Positions 59,901-64,000 of a stretch of DNA of 64,000 bases are shown here, piece after piece. The translations under genes and the position numbers were made by a program. Below the pieces are notes generated by a model. It was not told where the DNA came from. It ran no database searches and saw nothing but the letters and a program-made list of their open reading frames with translations. The stretch's first letter is position 1. Every line of letters begins with the position of its first letter. Source of the stretch: Flectonema sp. DT1601 (lineage: Eukaryota); the NCBI GenBank assembly GCA_964019425.1, contig OZ025788.1, positions 248,001 to 312,000 of the forward strand. The letters are read 5' to 3'.

Positions 59901-62900
59901 ATGGTACATATTACAGCGTCGTCACTGTACCGGAAGGGAAAATATTAAAACACATCCCGAGTGCCCTATTAAGAGAGTCGACTATTTATGCAAAGGGAGA
60001 TCTTGTTATTAACATCAAGACTGCTAAAACTTTAATAAGTGAAAAAGGACTTCTCTCACTACACGGAGTCACAGTTAAACCGATTACTGTGTTGGATGTT
60101 AAGAGAGGACCTAACGGAGTCTTGTGTCAAATTCAAACAAATGATCGTTTAGGATGGGTGTCTGAGAGACAACTGCTGCCAGCTACTAATCTCCTCTTTA
60201 CTAAGAATAATGAGGATAGGTTCACGTGGTTTAATTCTACAACTGAACAATACAACTGTTACTTCAACGGAACTTGTGGTAATGACGAAGCGTGTCGATC
60301 ATGCTCAGCTTTGACTATGTGCGTTTATCCGCCATCTGGTGGGTTTTCGAAGAGTTCAAAAGGTGTTAAGATCTCCTTTGGAGAGTCTGACAGTACACCT
60401 GTCGAGGCACCAGCGCCTGTTGGAGACTCTGAGTTTTGGGAATGCACTGCTTGTACATTCCACAACGATGTGGATGCTACTAAATGCTCTGTGTGTGAGA
60501 CAAAGCCTGACAGTAAAGAGACTGTTCCACCTCCCACAAAAGATTTACCAGAAAAGGATTCTGATGATCAAATCATTCTCTCTATTGGTATGAGAGTGTA
60601 CCTCATTGATGAGAAATGTTACGGTTGGGTTAAAACTATTCCATCATCATCAAGTTATTCTGGCTTAACAAAAGTAGCACTCGACAGTGGAGAACAACGA
60701 AGTGTCCCCAAACTAAATCTACGAGTCGTAACAACCAGAGCGAGTATGTTGTATGATTTCTCAATAGAGAATGTGATTGGATCTCGAGTACTTTATCAAA
60801 CAAGTTCTTCAGATAACAAAATCAATTCAGGTATTGCGACATCGATCATTAAAGGTGATCCAGAAACTGAAGACATCATTGAGATAAACGGAAATCATAA
60901 AATAAAAACCACTTCAATAATTCAATCCCTTCCACCTATTCCATTACGCTCAACAGTTTTAATAATATCTGGTGAACACAGCGGTGAGTCAGGTACTGTT
61001 ATTAGGTTTATTGATACCACTGAAAGGTTTCTGATTGATATTTCAAAATCACCAGACGAGATTATAATAATTAACGTACCATACGTTTTATTATCAAAGT
61101 GTGGCGACCGATTAGACGCATGGATGATACCAACATCAGAAGGTATCTATAGCATTACTAATAGTGGCATACTATCTCGTAAGACTTCTGATAGGTGGAA
61201 TTGCTTAAACTGTTTTGGGAAATCATCTTGTGAAGGCTGCTCATCGATATCTAATTGCCGTTATTCACTTGGATCTAAAGTAGCAGCGAAAGCTCTTGAT
61301 GGAACTTGTGCTGATGCATTTATAATTTCACTTAAACCTGAAAACTGTTACCTGGTTTGGAATAAATTATTTATTGCTGTGTACCAAGAGAGTAGTTTAC
61401 GACTGCATTCACCTTCCGAAGTGAAACAGTTTGAAGAATCATTTATTTATAGTGCGCTGTGGAATGCTACTTGTGTTTATCATCAGGTCTATGATGTCGT
61501 TTCTTGTGGTAAGAAAACTGTTCCAGAAATGCAAAAACGACCATCATCAGTAAGTAGTATCGCAACGAATATCGCAAATTGGTCGAGCGGTTTACTTTTT
61601 AGAAATAAAATAACTGATGAGAGTGAAAGTGATTTGGGATTCTGTCTATCGGGTAAGACTTTAGCTTGTCACCCTGCAAATCTCATATTACAATACATTG
61701 GTTCACAAGAAGTTGAATTCCCATTAGTATGTAGATCATGGGCAACAGTTACACAGCAAACGAACTTAGACTACGACGCAGTTGGGAAAGCAAGAGGAAC
61801 ATTAGATAGTTACTCGGATAGGTTGAGATCATTAAAGATTTCTTGCAGTGATTTCTTAACGGCGAATAAAAGTAAATGGAAAGGAACACTTGATACTCTT
61901 TGGCTTACTGGATCTGAAGATGAAGAATCACAATCGATACTTGAAATCTTGGGGGGTTGTTCTTCACTAAAGGACGATATCTCTGACAAGTTCACAACGA
62001 AAAAAAACGACCTAAGCGAAATAGAAGAAGACTACGATACTTTAGTGACACATCTTATTGCAGAGAGCGTTCGTCAATGCGGCAGAGATCGACCAACTGA
62101 TCCAGTGAAATATCTGAAAGATTACTTTTCAAGGATTGACGGATTTCGTGTAAACGCCAAGTGCAGACCTGCTACAGATTTTGAAACAAAAGATGAAGAA
62201 CTGTCGTTGGAACCAATATCTAATAATGTTTCATTTTATGCTTTAGAAGACTTAACTTTTTCTGATTTTATTGATGACGATAGATCAATCTCACCCGTTG
62301 ATGAAAGGATTCTGAATCTACCGAACTTGGTAAGTTTAAGTCTTAAAAATGTCAACCTTACAATGTCAGAGATAGAAAACATCGTTAAGTACGGACAGCG
62401 ACTTACGTGTCTGTCGGTGGACGTAGAGTCTCACGATGTTACGTTCATGCCGACATTTTTAAAAGAAATTGAAAAAATTGGAATGCCAAATCTAGAAACT
62501 CTCTGCATGGAATACGAGAATATCAAAGCATCAGAAGTTAAACAGTTAGCTCAGAGTCTTCCTCAACTTCTAAAAATATCTCTAAAAGGAACATGTACTG
62601 ATGAGAGTGACGTAAGTATGGCTGAAGCATTAGGATTGTTTAGGGAAGCAACTGGAATATATTTCAGCCACGATACCGAATTTGGTATTAAACCGTGCAG
62701 TTGCTACCGTGATTTCGCACAAGACGCTGCCATGCTTGCGACACTACCAAAGTGTGAAGAGTATATTGTACCATGGGAAGTTTTACCGGGACTTCGCTTT
62801 GTTGAGGATGCCAGTCGGATTTGTGATTTACGCTGCACAGTTGGACCTTCTTCAGTATCTGATTGCCTTGTAATGCTTGGTAACTTAACAACAATTGAGC

Positions 62901-63394
62901 TTCATGGGTTTAACCCTTGTAGTGAAGATGAGTTTTGTTTAATATTTGAGAATAATAAACAAATCTTTAATATCGATCTTGGGATTCGTCCACAGGCCAT
63001 GAAATACGTCAACTCAAAGACAATGCGAAGGATCTCAGAATGTAAGAACGACTTTTTGGAAAAAATCGGATTGTTTTCATCAGTGTTGTCAGATGATTCG
63101 TGGTTTCCATTTTCTAGTAGTTCGTTGATAACACTCGCTCTTTCAAAACCGTCATTTAGCAACTTAGTATTATCGCATTCACTTGTTAGTAATTATGTTT
63201 TGTATTTCTTAGCCAGTGCTCTACAGAGTGACATAGTAATTACACACTGTCCGTATGTGTCTGTGGATGTGATTACAATGCTTCGTCGCATACCTCGTTG
63301 TTCAATAATATTTAGGAGCGATGTGGTCGAATCATCTGAAGAATTCATTAATGGAGTCTCCATAGAGCATCAAGACCCTTCTTCAGAACAGTAA
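56912..63394 (+). CDS. ~2160-aa multidomain protein: CHY-type zinc finger, SPRY-like, RanBP2-type zinc finger, KOW-like, F-box-like, Dpy-30-like, C-terminal LRR
   Basis: ATG at 56912 after the acceptor ttttctctcttcctacag. GCQHFSRECKIHTSCC...WCQQCHD (CHY); WECTACTFHNDVDATKCSVCET (RanBP2); ILQYIGSQEVEFPLVCRSW (F-box-like); RDRPTDPVKYLKDYF (Dpy-30-like); LPNLVSLSL / MPNLETLCM (LRR). Confidence 0.8.
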   Translation: MPSGCQHFSRECKIHTSCCDVDVWCQQCHDDMRICKDRKMQVNGIICTQCDTRQKPSKKCINDKCAIQFSKFYCSECGVWDNENRHCGVCGYCTRREYTHCNKCKKCYLVIPNTTHVCFSKLPSNVTKCFSCRQQFKPISSASIILSKCKSNYYHAECVQSSLYDTSDSTEHDFMKLHSIENPFPSTEFSSLKEEWNGCVVNLICAADSTKKAVTQVKLTLNDQSYTIISGGYKIKDGKYCWDVLEDTLTVTYEDKKFKYPNDIIIHFEVCEGDRVCTPDMSRFGTIIEGSWNSYQITPKKISVLWDRSHRLTVCEYGDQGRLDFIKQPMKPSPQILYPKCDTFPVIDENVKTCVGRGLLFACFPLKRYSYQFLPPGWEIATHVTPFEEELFKENWNETAALASGRYAASNTPVTILSTLDVVNENNPDCKLRSYATDTDSVDLVLQTTSVRWHPVSEYLMSTDFVRAKHIKTGVFERRRITEKDIEILKSGNSDYTYEELNCNFYLRTHQDASSIIPGSNVAVPCTCFKPISKIVVTLPDSDTVSETCQVCWKKMIDRSEIIYSKEDKEGKTKAYCHQCSPCIKVGIIPEFKDGEYANFSRLSKSASALKEQNIVSHDLYGFSATLSPVGYYTLLEPLAGIPPVKFIPLSEMNKTTKIEDNFLLLNEHVSKDMGAPMMCTDSGILSFEIHFCDDNVRDVKLGFCSSDRYLSSLNETCLYNCRIGEVIANDVPASISSPTKPLSRTKITCVANLNEKVIYFTVDGEETKAISTTDVFKSRRPILFPLIVGTSCNISYSFNTLELLRTTDRYLCCVKPEELTLRCGPWKIGTHIAFMCPTKRELISAVVRVPPLDGFIVIQVIGETCLQSVSMKNAVPVTVINKDGRPNVNVDSNGRLSTVSSLGTIYCGGISLISTEGYCVESSPCWDCISRSCSKDVICDASETALSSSIHGKAKRFLKNSIFSKIERTFEFQTPLEYLPHSGNQQPVKCLCLHRDGTYYSVVTVPEGKILKHIPSALLRESTIYAKGDLVINIKTAKTLISEKGLLSLHGVTVKPITVLDVKRGPNGVLCQIQTNDRLGWVSERQLLPATNLLFTKNNEDRFTWFNSTTEQYNCYFNGTCGNDEACRSCSALTMCVYPPSGGFSKSSKGVKISFGESDSTPVEAPAPVGDSEFWECTACTFHNDVDATKCSVCETKPDSKETVPPPTKDLPEKDSDDQIILSIGMRVYLIDEKCYGWVKTIPSSSSYSGLTKVALDSGEQRSVPKLNLRVVTTRASMLYDFSIENVIGSRVLYQTSSSDNKINSGIATSIIKGDPETEDIIEINGNHKIKTTSIIQSLPPIPLRSTVLIISGEHSGESGTVIRFIDTTERFLIDISKSPDEIIIINVPYVLLSKCGDRLDAWMIPTSEGIYSITNSGILSRKTSDRWNCLNCFGKSSCEGCSSISNCRYSLGSKVAAKALDGTCADAFIISLKPENCYLVWNKLFIAVYQESSLRLHSPSEVKQFEESFIYSALWNATCVYHQVYDVVSCGKKTVPEMQKRPSSVSSIATNIANWSSGLLFRNKITDESESDLGFCLSGKTLACHPANLILQYIGSQEVEFPLVCRSWATVTQQTNLDYDAVGKARGTLDSYSDRLRSLKISCSDFLTANKSKWKGTLDTLWLTGSEDEESQSILEILGGCSSLKDDISDKFTTKKNDLSEIEEDYDTLVTHLIAESVRQCGRDRPTDPVKYLKDYFSRIDGFRVNAKCRPATDFETKDEELSLEPISNNVSFYALEDLTFSDFIDDDRSISPVDERILNLPNLVSLSLKNVNLTMSEIENIVKYGQRLTCLSVDVESHDVTFMPTFLKEIEKIGMPNLETLCMEYENIKASEVKQLAQSLPQLLKISLKGTCTDESDVSMAEALGLFREATGIYFSHDTEFGIKPCSCYRDFAQDAAMLATLPKCEEYIVPWEVLPGLRFVEDASRICDLRCTVGPSSVSDCLVMLGNLTTIELHGFNPCSEDEFCLIFENNKQIFNIDLGIRPQAMKYVNSKTMRRISECKNDFLEKIGLFSSVLSDDSWFPFSSSSLITLALSKPSFSNLVLSHSLVSNYVLYFLASALQSDIVITHCPYVSVDVITMLRRIPRCSIIFRSDVVESSEEFINGVSIEHQDPSSEQ

Positions 63395-64000
63395 TATGTC
63401 TTGTCCTTGTTATTGGTTGATTGTATTTTTTTTTTTTTTAAAGAATGCAATTTTTTTTAACACATTATTCGGTTCTAATACAAGTTGATGAAGACTCTGG
63501 TATGGATTTGATTATTAAATTATTAGAGAATTCAGACATTCTCACATGTGACCAGCAGGACACAACCTTGAATTTAGGAGGGTTAACCAAAAGTAAAATG
63601 TATTAACGTTTGATATTCAGCAAACTACTTTTAGTCTCACAGTTATGTGCTCGCCTGGTAGTGTGCTGCGAACCAGAAATGTTTCATTTTTATTTTTTTT
63701 TTAAATTTTTATTATTTTTTGCAAAAGAATTGGTTTTTCTTTCTCAAATTTTTCTTTTAACATTTATTTGATTTTGAAGTGTGTAAAGAAATACTGCTTT
63801 TAAGCTGTAACGGTCCACATGGGCATGGGGTGCTCAACCTGTAGAACGTGGTCCCCGAATCCCCATATTCGATACCATATGTAGGATTTTATCGTACAAG
63901 CTGTTGGTCTCTCTTCATTGCGACCTGGTTTGGTCGATCCCTATATTCGTTTTAGCCAGTTTCAAGTTGCTTTATATTTAATCACAGTATCAAAGTTACT

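Overview
Eukaryotic, AT-rich, intron-containing DNA, most likely a euglenozoan (diplonemid-like). This rests on a BILBO1-type N-terminal-domain protein, a transmembrane degenerate-cyclase gene, co-oriented genes with candidate trans-splice acceptors, and GT-AG cis-introns. Layout: (1) a minus-strand BILBO1-like gene (323-1477); (2) a decayed mobile-element zone (1.5-6.9 kb) with Polinton/Maverick-type DNA polymerase and packaging-ATPase relics, a TIR-bounded pogo-like transposon, a MITE-like element and short structured repeats; (3) a ~22.6-kb satellite array (6929-29497) of 27-31-bp monomers with higher-order duplication, edge-specific variants and four non-satellite islands, two carrying a tRNA-like Pol III cassette; (4) a second relic zone (29.5-31.7 kb) sharing inverted homology with the left flank; (5) seven plus-strand genes: ETF-alpha, a ~2690-aa multidomain surface protein, a TM pseudo-cyclase, a SET-domain protein, an SRPK kinase, a UBA protein and a ~2160-aa CHY/RanBP2-ZnF/F-box-LRR-like protein. 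The best candidates for something new are a regional centromere-like domain at a divergent strand switch and a cis- versus trans-splice acceptor code (A/C-rich versus pyrimidine-rich tracts). All assignments were made by eye; no searches were run.
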